Shown: in pieces, positions 20,222-29,064 of the stretch
Position numbering within the stretch: the first letter of the stretch is position 1
Layout: the number at the start of each line of letters is the position of its first letter
Source: Syntrophaceae bacterium UBA5744
GTDB lineage: Bacteria > Desulfobacterota > Syntrophia > Syntrophales > UBA2192
Direction of reading: 5' to 3'
NCBI GenBank assembly: GCA_002419215.1
Contig: DIFQ01000139.1
Span: 4,732 to 68,731 of the forward strand
DNA: 64,000 nucleotides
Translations under genes and position numbers: made by a program
Notes under the pieces: model-generated
Database searches by the model: none
What the model was told of the DNA's origin: nothing
What the model saw: only the letters and a program-made list of their open reading frames with translations

Positions 20222-21077
20222 TGCTTGGCGAAGCCGTCTCCAGGCTGAACAGCGCCTCACGTTCGTTGCGCGCCACCGCCCCCCGCTGGCGGGCCTGCGT
20301 CGAAGCCTGTGCGGGGTGGCTGATGCGATTCTTTCCGGCCTTCTTGGCCCGATACAATTCACTATCGGCTTGTTTGAAGAATTCTTCAGCGCCGACCGGG
20401 CTGGATGGCTCGAAGGCGGCGAGGCCGAAGCTTGCCGAGACCCGCACGGCCATCTTCCAGGTGAAGTGGGCAGTGAATTCCCTGAGCCGATTCGCGATGC
20501 CGATGCCGTCCAGCAGCGACGTGGCGGGCATGATGACGGCAAACTCGTCGCCGCCGTAGCGGCAGACGAAGTCCGTGGGGCGCAGCTTTTCACGGATTAG
20601 CCCGCCCATCTGGATGAGAAACCGGTCACCCTCGTCGTGGCCGAGCCGGTCGTTGATCTCCTTGAAATTGTCGAAGTCGATGATCATCAGGCTGCAGGGC
20701 AGCCCCGTTCGCCGTGACCGCGCCATCTCGATCTCGAGCTGGATCGAGAAAAACCGCTTGTTGTACAGCCCCGTGAGGTCGTCGCTCAGGCTGAGCGACT
20801 TCAATTGCCTGTTCTCGCGCTCGAGCGCCGCGATGCGGCGCAGGAGGTCCTCGCCCGGATCGACGACCAAGTCGGCAGCGGAGGCAAGAAATTCCCGGTC
20901 CTTCGATGAAAGCCCCTCGGCCAGGATGACAAAGGCCTCCGACGGGGAACCTTTCCCGGGGCGCAACCAGGCCTTGAGCGTCCGGTTCTCCCCGAGAATC
21001 GCGTTGAGGGACCGGCGCCTTTTTGCACCGGGAGACTTTGAATTTGCTTTCTTTTTTGCTTTCGACGTCGTCGGCAT
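20214..21077 (-). CDS. Diguanylate cyclase (GGDEF domain) with an N-terminal coiled coil
   Basis: Motif RYGGDEFAVIM, with an upstream RxxD-like I-site region. The 3' end runs into a hairpin-element arm. Confidence 0.85.
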   Translation of the reverse strand: MPTTSKAKKKANSKSPGAKRRRSLNAILGENRTLKAWLRPGKGSPSEAFVILAEGLSSKDREFLASAADLVVDPGEDLLRRIAALERENRQLKSLSLSDDLTGLYNKRFFSIQLEIEMARSRRTGLPCSLMIIDFDNFKEINDRLGHDEGDRFLIQMGGLIREKLRPTDFVCRYGGDEFAVIMPATSLLDGIGIANRLREFTAHFTWKMAVRVSASFGLAAFEPSSPVGAEEFFKQADSELYRAKKAGKNRISHPAQASTQARQRGAVARNEREALFSLETASPSRG

Positions 21078-21225
21078 GGACCCTTGGGATCGTCATTGCG
21101 GGCATGGCGAGGCAATCTCTCGGATTGCATTATCGCCAATGCCCATATGCAATGACCGGTTTATGGAGCTGAAGTCTGCAAAAAAGGTGCCCGGAACCGG
21201 GCGGATGAGGGGCAAAGTCTGAATT

Positions 21226-21324
21226 GGGTCTAGGGTCTCGGGTATAGGGTCTGAAGGTACTAAAGATTGTTTATAGATGAAATCTTATACCATCCCGATA
21301 CCCGAGCCCCGATACCCGAAACCC
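21226..21324. repeat. Periodic-arm hairpin element (GGGTCTM type)
   Basis: The core GATTGTTTATAGATGAAATC resembles the cores at 5320 and 13918. Confidence 0.8.
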
Positions 21325-21330
21325 TGTCTT

Positions 21331-21723
21331 CTAAGGTGTTTTCATGTTCCGGCGCTGCATCTCCACGCGGACCTCGGCCCGTCGGTTTCGCAGTTCGTCG
21401 GATCCGCCGCCTCCGACGGGAGTCGATGTGGAGACGCCGACACCCACGCCGCCTCCGCTGCCGGAGCCCCAGCCGCCGCCCCAGCTGCCGCCGCCGATGC
21501 CGATACCGACGGACGAAGAGGGACCCGAGCGCTCCCGGCGGTCGATCTCCTCGGTAAGGCGGTAGTAGTAGAGAAGCAGCTCGTCATTGTCCATCTTTCT
21601 GAAATCCTGGGCAATGAGCGTCCCCGCTTCGCTTCCTGCCTGATTCGCGCAGCCGGTCAGGCCGAGTGAGGCCAGAAGGACAAGGAGCGCAAGAAAAGAA
21701 AACGTTATCTTCTTTGTCTGCAT
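21331..21723 (-). CDS. Small glycine-rich lipoprotein
   Basis: Start at the ATG at 21723 (MQTKKITFSFLALLVLLASLGLTGC lipobox). The middle is a Gly-rich tract (GIGIGGGSWGGGWGSGSGGGVGVGV). Confidence 0.6.
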   Translation of the reverse strand: MQTKKITFSFLALLVLLASLGLTGCANQAGSEAGTLIAQDFRKMDNDELLLYYYRLTEEIDRRERSGPSSSVGIGIGGGSWGGGWGSGSGGGVGVGVSTSTPVGGGGSDELRNRRAEVRVEMQRRNMKTP

Positions 21724-21954
21724 GGCCGTTCCTTTCACGGTGAGGGTAATGAGAGTATAGAAGGGTCTCGGGGGTGTTGTCAATTCACAACAGGAGCCAT
21801 CGCTGCCGGTCAGCGCAATGCCGATGCCGTCTGCAGGTATTTTTTGCCTTGCAGCTTGCGGCTCGTGGCTTCTCGTCACGGGGTATGCAATTTGCAATCA
21901 GAACGGCATTCCGTCTGGAAGATTCATATCGCAACCTTTTGGGGGAAATCGACG

Positions 21955-23229
21955 ATGAACCTGAGACAGCGTATTGTTGTTTGCCTGCTCGTCCTGTTGG
22001 TTGCGCCTTCCGCAGCGCCGGCGCAGGCGGAGCCGGCCAGGCTCGATGCATCCGTATACAAAGCCTGCTTTTCCTCCGGAGCGGCGAAAGCGGAAGATGT
22101 GATCGCCGCGTGCAGCGCCATCGTGGACAATAATCCCCGGGCCGCCGAGGCGTTCTACAACCGCGGCGTCGTCCGCATGGGGCTCAATCAGCTCGACGGG
22201 GCGCTGGCCGACTTCAGCAGGGCCATCGAACTCAATCCGCGGGACCCCGATGCCTGGAACAACCGCGGCCTCGTGAACGATCGGCTCGGCCGGCCGGCCG
22301 AGGCCGTATTCGATTTCTCCCGGGCCATCGAAATCGACGATGCCTACGGGAAGGGATACAACAACCGCGGCCGCGTCTATATCAGGCTGGGGCGCACTGC
22401 AGAGGCTGACCGGGATTTGAAAAAGGCGGCCGGACTGGGAGTGAAGGAGGCCGAGAGCTACCTGAAGTCCGGGGGCATCGCCTTCGCCATCCCGCACCGC
22501 TTCGAGTTGGCCTTTTCCTGGTCCCGCTATGACTACAAGGAGGATCTCATCCCTCCCCTCAAGAGCACGGAAACGGGCTGGGTCCCCCAGGTGCGGCTGG
22601 GCTACAGCTACATGGCCGACGACCGGTTCTACTTCCGGGCCTTCGGCGACGCGTCGGTGGCCGATGATGACACGGACTACGACGGCTCCACGATGGGCGG
22701 CGCACCGCTGAAGGACACCACCCGCAACGATTTCGCCCGCCTCGAAATCAACGCGGGGCATACCTTCAAGGGCAATCTCCCTGTATCCATCACCCCCTAT
22801 GCGGGAGTGGGCTGGCGCTACTGGAAGCGCGACATCGGCTACAACGAATTCTACAGCTGGTGGTACCTCCCCGTGGGGGTCAAGGTCCTCTACCCGATGG
22901 CGGAGAGATTTACAATCGGGCTCAATGCCTCCGTGAACTTCATGTTCGACGGCCGCATGACCATTTCCTACAAGGACGACACCTTTGCCAACACCACGCT
23001 GCGACTGGGAAACCGGCCGGGCGGCCTCGTGGAGCTGCCCGTGAGCTGGCGGCCCCGGGTGAACTGGGCCTTCACGGTAACGCCGTGGTACGAATACAGC
23101 GAGATTGGCGAAAGCCCCTGGGAGCGATTTTATTATGCGGATGGGACCTACACGGGCTTTGTGGTGCGTGAGCCCTCGAGCCGGACGCATCAGCACGGGG
23201 TGAGGGTCTCGACGGAGTACCTGTTTTGA
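21955..23229 (+). CDS. Secreted TPR domain fused to a C-terminal beta-barrel-like (OMP-like) domain
   Basis: Start at the ATG at 21955 (signal peptide ending APAQA). Three to four TPR units (AEAFYNRG ... AWNNRG ... GYNNRG). The C-terminal ~230 aa have alternating aromatic/hydrophilic strands and end in ...VRVSTEYLF, an OMP-type terminal Phe. Confidence 0.7.
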   Translation: MNLRQRIVVCLLVLLVAPSAAPAQAEPARLDASVYKACFSSGAAKAEDVIAACSAIVDNNPRAAEAFYNRGVVRMGLNQLDGALADFSRAIELNPRDPDAWNNRGLVNDRLGRPAEAVFDFSRAIEIDDAYGKGYNNRGRVYIRLGRTAEADRDLKKAAGLGVKEAESYLKSGGIAFAIPHRFELAFSWSRYDYKEDLIPPLKSTETGWVPQVRLGYSYMADDRFYFRAFGDASVADDDTDYDGSTMGGAPLKDTTRNDFARLEINAGHTFKGNLPVSITPYAGVGWRYWKRDIGYNEFYSWWYLPVGVKVLYPMAERFTIGLNASVNFMFDGRMTISYKDDTFANTTLRLGNRPGGLVELPVSWRPRVNWAFTVTPWYEYSEIGESPWERFYYADGTYTGFVVREPSSRTHQHGVRVSTEYLF

Positions 23230-23266
23230 AAAGGGTCCAGTGACGGAAAAGAAGTGCCTGAGTGAA

Positions 23267-23411
23267 GAATCAGGGGATTCAGGATTCAGGAATCCGGCTT
23301 CTGGATATAAGAAAAAGGGAAATCGTAGATCGCCGCGCCCTCGACAGGCTCGGCCTCGCGATGACTTTTTTGGTTGTATCTTTGTCCCGAGACCCGATTC
23401 CCGAATCCCGG
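23267..23411. repeat. Periodic-arm element (GGATTCAG / CCCGAWTC type) with a long core
   Basis: GAATCAGGGGATTCAGGATTCAGGAATCCGG ... CCCGAGACCCGATTCCCGAATCCCGG. The arms are only partly complementary. Confidence 0.6.
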
Positions 23412-23460
23412 CGCGAAGCGGTTGTGCCGAGCCTCGCGAGGTGTGGTGCGCTTGAGTAGA

Positions 23461-23503
23461 AAATCCCCCTCCGTCCCCCCGGGATGCAGGGGGATTTGTT
23501 TTG
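23461..23503 (+). terminator. Intrinsic terminator candidate
   Basis: AAATCCCCCT - 17-nt loop - AGGGGGATTT followed by GTTTTG. Lies 230 nt after the TPR/beta-barrel gene. Confidence 0.5.
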
Positions 23504-23622
23504 CACGAAGAAAACGCGAATGGTATAAGAAGAGTGGCCGGGTGTTGTCCCGGCTTTCATGTACCCGATGGAAAGTTCGAGGCTCGAGGACCGAGGCGCG
23601 AGGAAGAAGGAGGGACGAACGG

Positions 23623-24081
23623 ATGAGCACGCTGTATTTCGATGACTTCAAGGTCGGCGACCGCTTCGAGTCGCCGGGCATGACGGTGACGGAGGGCCAG
23701 ATCATCGACTTCGCCATGCATTTCGACCCGCAGGTCTTCCATGTCGATGCCGAGGCTGCGAGGGCGACCCCGTACGGGGGGCTCATCGCGAGCGGTATCC
23801 ACACCATCGCCCTCACGTTCCGCCTCTTTCTGATGACGGGCGCCCTCAACTCCGAAAACAGCCTGGGCTCACCGGGGTTCGACGATCTGAAGTGGCTCAA
23901 GCCCGTCCGCCCCGGCGACACGCTGCGAGCCGCAGGCGAAGTCCTGGAACTCAGGCCCTCGAAAGCCGGCGACCGGGGCATCGTGAGGCTCCGTTACTCC
24001 ACGTACAACCAGAAGGGCGAGACGGTCTTTACGGTGATCGGCAACCAGATCGTCCGCCGCCGGCCGCCGGGCAAGGAGTAG
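23623..24081 (+). CDS. MaoC-like (R)-hydratase / hot-dog fold dehydratase
   Basis: 152 aa. MSTLYFDDFKVGDRF ... TVTEGQIIDFA ... DPQVFHVD ... GGLIASGIHT is the typical MaoC dehydratase signature. Confidence 0.85.
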   Translation: MSTLYFDDFKVGDRFESPGMTVTEGQIIDFAMHFDPQVFHVDAEAARATPYGGLIASGIHTIALTFRLFLMTGALNSENSLGSPGFDDLKWLKPVRPGDTLRAAGEVLELRPSKAGDRGIVRLRYSTYNQKGETVFTVIGNQIVRRRPPGKE

Positions 24082-24091
24082 ACAATCCGCC

Positions 24092-25015
24092 ATGACGTTC
24101 CCGTTCCGCCCGAGGGATGTCATCCTGCTTGCCGTCGTGTTCTCGTCTATGGCGGCTGGCATCTGCTGCCCGCAGGTCTTCGCCTTCCTGCAGCCTTACC
24201 CCCTTCTCTGCCTCATGATTCTCTTCTTCATGAGCTTTCTCTCCATCCGGCTCGAGGAGGTCTGGGAGGCCCTGCGCCGGGCAAGCCTGTCGATCCTTTC
24301 CCTTGTCGTGCTGAAAATGGCGATCCTGCCCGTGATCCTTTACGGGTTGTTTCGGTTCGTCATGCCCGAGTATGCCGTTGCGGCGCTCCTGCTGACGGCC
24401 GTGTCCACGGGCGTCGTGGCGCCCTTCATGTCGAACCTCGTGGGCGGCAACAGCGCCCGGGTCCTTGTCGTCACGGTCATCACCTCGGTCCTGGTGCCTT
24501 TCAGCCTCCCGGCCGTCGTGGAACTCGTTCTCTCGCAGAGCGTGAACCTGTCCTTCTGGGACATGCTCCGGGTGCTGGCCCTGGCCATCTTCGTTCCCAT
24601 CGCCGCCGTGCAGATCCTGAGGCGGCTTGCGCCGCATCTGCTCGATGCTGCGAACCGCCGCGCCTACCCGGTGAATCTCGTCATGTTCGCACTCATCAAC
24701 CTCGGCGTCTTCTCGAAGTACGCCGAAATTTTCTACAGCGAACCCACGCTGATCGCCGAGGCTTGCCTCGTGTGCATCGTCCTGTCGGTGATATACGCCG
24801 TCGCCGGCATCCTGTTCTTTCGCCTCAGTTCCGTGGAGGATCGCCTGGCGGGCGCCGTCATGATCGCCCACATGAACAACGTGCTCATGATCGTCTTTTC
24901 GGCGCAGTTCTTCGGGCCCCGGGAGACGATGACTGCAGCCATGTACCTGTTGCCCTTCTTCGGGCTTGTCCTGCCTCTGCGGTATTACGGTGGCCGCGCA
25001 AGCGCCGACAGGTGA
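24092..25015 (+). CDS. Bile acid:sodium symporter (BASS/SBF-like) family transporter
   Basis: 307 aa, polytopic (about 9-10 TM). Size and N-terminal pattern resemble SBF-like transporters. Family-level call only. Confidence 0.65.
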   Translation: MTFPFRPRDVILLAVVFSSMAAGICCPQVFAFLQPYPLLCLMILFFMSFLSIRLEEVWEALRRASLSILSLVVLKMAILPVILYGLFRFVMPEYAVAALLLTAVSTGVVAPFMSNLVGGNSARVLVVTVITSVLVPFSLPAVVELVLSQSVNLSFWDMLRVLALAIFVPIAAVQILRRLAPHLLDAANRRAYPVNLVMFALINLGVFSKYAEIFYSEPTLIAEACLVCIVLSVIYAVAGILFFRLSSVEDRLAGAVMIAHMNNVLMIVFSAQFFGPRETMTAAMYLLPFFGLVLPLRYYGGRASADR

Positions 25016-25063
25016 GTTGCAAGGAAAGATTCGGGGGAAACGACAATCCGGGGTCGGTGTTGA

Positions 25064-25741
25064 TCAGCGGGCGGCCTTTTCCCGGAAGCCTCCCGCAAAG
25101 GTGATGGCGCAGGTGGTCCCGTACGCGGAATGGGGACCGCAGTCGACGCCCATCACGTGGAATGCCGCATTGAAGAGGTTTGTCCGGTGCCCGCGGCCGG
25201 GCACGCCGTCATCGACGATGAAGGCGGCCACCACGTCCCGCGCCGTCCGCTGCCCGTAGGCGACGTTCTCGCCGATGACGGAATCCCATTGGCCATGGCG
25301 CTCGATCCTCTCGGAGGGCGTGCTCCCGTCGGGCCCCGTGTGACCGAATCCGCCCGATGCCCCCTGGGGCGCGATAAGGTCCCGCGCGGCAAGCGACAGG
25401 CCCCGTGAAGCACCGAGGGCTCCCACGGGCCGATGCTTTTCGAGCCAGCGGATCGCCTCGTCCACGGCCGCAAGCCCCTCCTTGGTCCGGACGGTGACCT
25501 CGCCGGGCCGCCTCAGCTGTGTACCCCGGTAGTACTTCCTCTGGCCCTTCAGCCAGGAGGCGTATGCCCCGGGGTTCGTCCTCGCCAGGTTGACCTCTTC
25601 GACGATGCCTTTCTCGAGGGCCGAAAAATCCACATCCCGGGCGGCCTGCGCGGGCTCGATCCACAGAAACGCCGCGGCGGCGCCAAGGCCGAGGCCGACA
25701 AGCCCGAGGAGCGCTCTGCGCAGGGTGATTCGTTCGCGCAT
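25064..25741 (-). CDS. CAP/SCP (PR-1-like) domain secreted protein
   Basis: Signal peptide. Motifs GHTGPDGSTPSERI ... GENVAYG ... GHRTNLF are typical of bacterial CAP domains. Confidence 0.8.
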   Translation of the reverse strand: MRERITLRRALLGLVGLGLGAAAAFLWIEPAQAARDVDFSALEKGIVEEVNLARTNPGAYASWLKGQRKYYRGTQLRRPGEVTVRTKEGLAAVDEAIRWLEKHRPVGALGASRGLSLAARDLIAPQGASGGFGHTGPDGSTPSERIERHGQWDSVIGENVAYGQRTARDVVAAFIVDDGVPGRGHRTNLFNAAFHVMGVDCGPHSAYGTTCAITFAGGFREKAAR

Positions 25742-25750
25742 GCCGACCCC

Positions 25751-27061
25751 TTACCAGTCCCTGATCATCACGCCCACACCGATGCGGTTCGTGTAGTGGT
25801 TGTAGTCGACGAGGGTCTCGCCGTACCCCGTGAAGTACTGGATGTAACAATTGAGAGGCCCGATGCAGGTAAAATCGAACCCGAGCTGCAGGGTGCTGCG
25901 GTTGTCGTCGTCAAAACGCAGGTTGTTGCGGAACATGAGGCCGAAGTGGTAGTCGATCCCGCATGTCGTTCCACGGTATCCGGCCCAGAGCTCGCCGTAT
26001 CCCAGGTAGGCGTCTATGTCGGGGTTGTCGTCGTTCTCGGCGCTTTCGGGCAGCCGGTACCAGGTCTTCAGGACGACGTCGAAAGGTTCCCACTCGAAGC
26101 CGAAGTTCGCCATGAGGCGGTTCCAGCTCCGCGAAAGGGGTTCGCTCTGGCCGTTGGACTGGTGGTTCAGTCCGACCTGGATGAACTGGAGTTTAAGGGG
26201 GTCCCGGCCCAGCCGGACAAGGTCGTCGCCCATCCGGGTGTTGAACAGGACCTCGGGCTCGTAGTTGGTCTCCCGGAAGGGGGCGGAGTTGCTCCAGTTC
26301 CAGAACTGCCATTGCGACAGTTGCGTATAGGCCGCCCAGAGATCCGCCTTCTTCTTGATGAACGGGATCGGGATGTCCTCCAGGAGCTTCATTTTCAGGC
26401 TGACCTGAAACTTGGACTCGGCGTCCTGCAGCTCCGTGCCCGGGTTGACCGATTCGTAGGGCTCCTTGTCCAGGGCGCCATTGTAGGTGTAGATCAGAAA
26501 GTAATTCTCCCGGTGGGCACGGATGGCCCACCGTCCAGCCTTTTCACGGCTTTCATCGTCGAGCAGCCATGCCTTCGACATATAGCTCGACTTGCTCGGC
26601 GGCTTCGGGTTGAGGCCTGCCATTCTGTCGTACTCGTAGAGACGCTCCGAATCGTCGCAGATTTTTTTGCAGGCGTCGACGCCGTCGGCCTTTTTCGCCG
26701 GCGATTCCCCTGTTTCCCAGACACAGTCCGTCAGGCATCTCCACCAGCTGTAGTTTGCTACTTCGTCATAGCAGCGAAGCCGGTCGGCGGAATAGAAGGA
26801 ATCTTTGCATTTGGCTAGCCCCCCGGCCGCCGCCGGGGCCGCGGATTGTGCATCGGGTTTCGTGACCGGCGCCGAAACGGGGGCGGGAGAGGGGGCCGAA
26901 GCTTTTAGTCTCCGCTCGGCTATCCCGTCGTAACACTTGAGCCGGTCTTCTTGTCCGAGCTTGAAACATGCATCGTAATCTTCAATCGTATCGGCCGCAT
27001 AGCCCTGCGACCCCAGGAGGCTGACAAGCAGAAAACACGCAAGCAGCAGCGCACGCATCAT
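25751..27061 (-). CDS. pldA: Outer-membrane phospholipase A1 (OMPLA) with an N-terminal Cys-repeat extension
   Basis: Catalytic segment GLNHQSNGQSEPLSRSWNR (His-Ser) and a later Asn, with a beta-barrel pattern. The N-terminal ~130 aa carry three (D/E)RL+CYD-like Cys motifs. Confidence 0.85.
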   Translation of the reverse strand: MMRALLLACFLLVSLLGSQGYAADTIEDYDACFKLGQEDRLKCYDGIAERRLKASAPSPAPVSAPVTKPDAQSAAPAAAGGLAKCKDSFYSADRLRCYDEVANYSWWRCLTDCVWETGESPAKKADGVDACKKICDDSERLYEYDRMAGLNPKPPSKSSYMSKAWLLDDESREKAGRWAIRAHRENYFLIYTYNGALDKEPYESVNPGTELQDAESKFQVSLKMKLLEDIPIPFIKKKADLWAAYTQLSQWQFWNWSNSAPFRETNYEPEVLFNTRMGDDLVRLGRDPLKLQFIQVGLNHQSNGQSEPLSRSWNRLMANFGFEWEPFDVVLKTWYRLPESAENDDNPDIDAYLGYGELWAGYRGTTCGIDYHFGLMFRNNLRFDDDNRSTLQLGFDFTCIGPLNCYIQYFTGYGETLVDYNHYTNRIGVGVMIRDW

Positions 27062-27149
27062 GACCCTCCCCCTTTTATCCGGGTAAACGATTACCCGGAA
27101 TGCTCCTGTGCCCGATGGCCATGCTCGAGCCTGACGACGGGTTTATCCT

Positions 27150-28049
27150 TCAGGACTGCAGGTTCTTCTCGAGGAACTTCATCATCTGTCTGAAGACCCC
27201 CTCGAGGATGTCCGCCGAGATGAAGTAGTCCGGGCACTCCTGGTAGAACAGGACGTTCATGGCCTTCGCGGCCTCGTCGACGTTTCCCTTCTCCTTGAGA
27301 ATCCCCTCCATCACGGCGCGCAGTTTCTTCCCTTCGCGGAATGTCAGGTCGATGAAGCCCCGGGCGTCCTCGCCCGTGACGTAGCCGTAGTGGTCGGCGC
27401 AGAGATAGTCCACGGCGAGGGGCTTCATTCTTTCGAGGCTCTCCATGTACTGGGTGAAGTTGGTGTTCGCCGAGGCGAAGGAGCCGTCCCGGTAAGGGAT
27501 GCCGCCTCCGTCGGAGGCGAAGAGAGCCTTGCGATCGGGCTCGTAGGCCGTGATCGAGCAGTTCGTGTGCCCGGGCGTGTACAGGACGTTCAGGGTCGTT
27601 CCGCCCATATCGATCCGGTCCCCTTCGGCCACGGTTTTTCCCGTGATGTCGTCGCGCCAGGCGTAGTCGAAACCCTCGAGTGCCGCCCCGAGCCCCATCT
27701 TGTCCGCCACGATTTTGCTGAATTGATTGGCAATGTCGATGGCCTTCTGCATCTGGAGAATCCTCCAGGTCTCCGACGAGCCGCAGACCTCGATGGCCGG
27801 CCAGTTGCGCTTGAAGTGGGGGATGACCCCGATGTGGTCGAAGTGAGAGTGCAGGATCAGGATCTTCGTGATCTTTGCCGGTTCGATCCCGAATTCCTTC
27901 ATCTGCTCGAGAACGTCGGGGAGGATGTGCGCAAGCCCCCCGTTGATCAGGATCGATCCGTTTCTGCCCTCGAGGAGGTAAATCCCCGACTCCTCGCGGC
28001 CCAGGTACCACAGATTGTCCGTGATCTTTCCCGCCGTGCGATGCCTCAT
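27150..28049 (-). CDS. MBL-fold metallo-hydrolase
   Basis: HxHxDH motif (ILHSHFDHIG) and later TPGHT. Confidence 0.85.
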   Translation of the reverse strand: MRHRTAGKITDNLWYLGREESGIYLLEGRNGSILINGGLAHILPDVLEQMKEFGIEPAKITKILILHSHFDHIGVIPHFKRNWPAIEVCGSSETWRILQMQKAIDIANQFSKIVADKMGLGAALEGFDYAWRDDITGKTVAEGDRIDMGGTTLNVLYTPGHTNCSITAYEPDRKALFASDGGGIPYRDGSFASANTNFTQYMESLERMKPLAVDYLCADHYGYVTGEDARGFIDLTFREGKKLRAVMEGILKEKGNVDEAAKAMNVLFYQECPDYFISADILEGVFRQMMKFLEKNLQS

Positions 28050-28072
28050 GGATAGACCCTCCTTGAAAAGAT

Positions 28073-28112
28073 GGAAGTCAGGAAGTTAAGAAGCCAGGAA
28101 GATCGGAACCGG
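28073..28112. repeat. Solitary GAAG-type periodic arm
   Basis: GGAAGTCAGGAAGTTAAGAAGCCAGGAAGATCGGAACCGG. Confidence 0.6.
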
Positions 28113-28306
28113 CCATCGCACGCACTGTCTCGAGTGAACGAGCGGATCTTGATGACCTCGAACTCTTGACCCCTTGATGTACCACGCCCCAAACTCCTAT
28201 ATCCAACAGACAGGGGATTCGCAAGAGGAAAGGCGAACGGGTATCGACAGGTCTTCTCGTGGGGGTATCCGTTGAAATCCGGGTATCGGGAGCCCTGTTG
28301 ATTACG

Positions 28307-28398
28307 AAGGGAGGAAGTCAGGAAGAGCAGAAGAGCGGAGCAGATATCGTTCTCTCCTGTTTTATCCGCTCTTCCTCACTTCTGATCTTCCGATCTTC
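28307..28398. repeat. Periodic-arm hairpin element (GAAGNNNN type)
   Basis: GAAGGGAG GAAGTCAG GAAGAGCA GAAGAGCG GA ... TCCGCTCTTC CTCACTTC TGATCTTC CGATCTTC. Confidence 0.8.
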
Positions 28399-28461
28399 GC
28401 CGGCTTTATGGCGAAAGATGAACACAGGGCGTTCAGCGGGAAGCACTCCGGGCCGATTACG

Positions 28462-28746
28462 TCATCGTTTCCGGTCCTGGTAGTGGGTGGGGATGCTGAC
28501 TTCGTCGGGGTTGAGGTTGCCCAGCAGTTCATTGGCGATGATCTGTTCGCGCAGCGAGCGGATCTTCTGCTCGTAAAGGGGGAGGGTATTTTTTAACCGG
28601 TCCCGCTGTTCCGGCCTCAGAGCGGCCGATTTGAGGGCCTTGACGATCTGCTCCCGGGTGATGCCGAGACGCGCAAGCTCATCCTGTTTCTCCCGAAGCT
28701 CATCGGGGCTCAGGGCATATTTTGAAAAGTCGCGCTGCGTCTCCAC
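28462..28746 (-). CDS. Hypothetical small helical protein
   Basis: 94-aa ORF with a charged helical composition. No recognisable motif. Confidence 0.4.
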   Translation of the reverse strand: METQRDFSKYALSPDELREKQDELARLGITREQIVKALKSAALRPEQRDRLKNTLPLYEQKIRSLREQIIANELLGNLNPDEVSIPTHYQDRKR

Positions 28747-28957
28747 GGTGCCGCCTCCGCTCGATATGGGGACAACGATTTCACGGGATGCGGCCTGACC
28801 GGCTGCACCTTTCCTGTCTATCGGCTCAACAACCCCGACGCTTTAATGAAAAAAGCAGCCGGATCGGGGGTTTTCCGATCCGGCTGCCGGAGTGGCTCCA
28901 TTTGTCGTCACATCGGCAACGAAATCAGCGTCTCTTGGAAATTACGACCCTGATCTT

Positions 28958-28994
28958 CCTCTCCCTTGAGGGGAGAGGATTGAGGTGAGGGTGA
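28958..28994. repeat. REP-like palindrome CCTCTCCC-N4-GGGAGAGG plus a GGTGAGGGTGA tail
   Basis: CCTCTCCCTTGAGGGGAGAGGATTGAGGTGAGGGTGA. Confidence 0.7.
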
Positions 28995-29064
28995 TTGCTC
29001 CCCTTCCTCCTCGTACGTCCTCGCCCGGAAGCCTCTACTGCGAGCGGGATGCCTTACAACGAAC

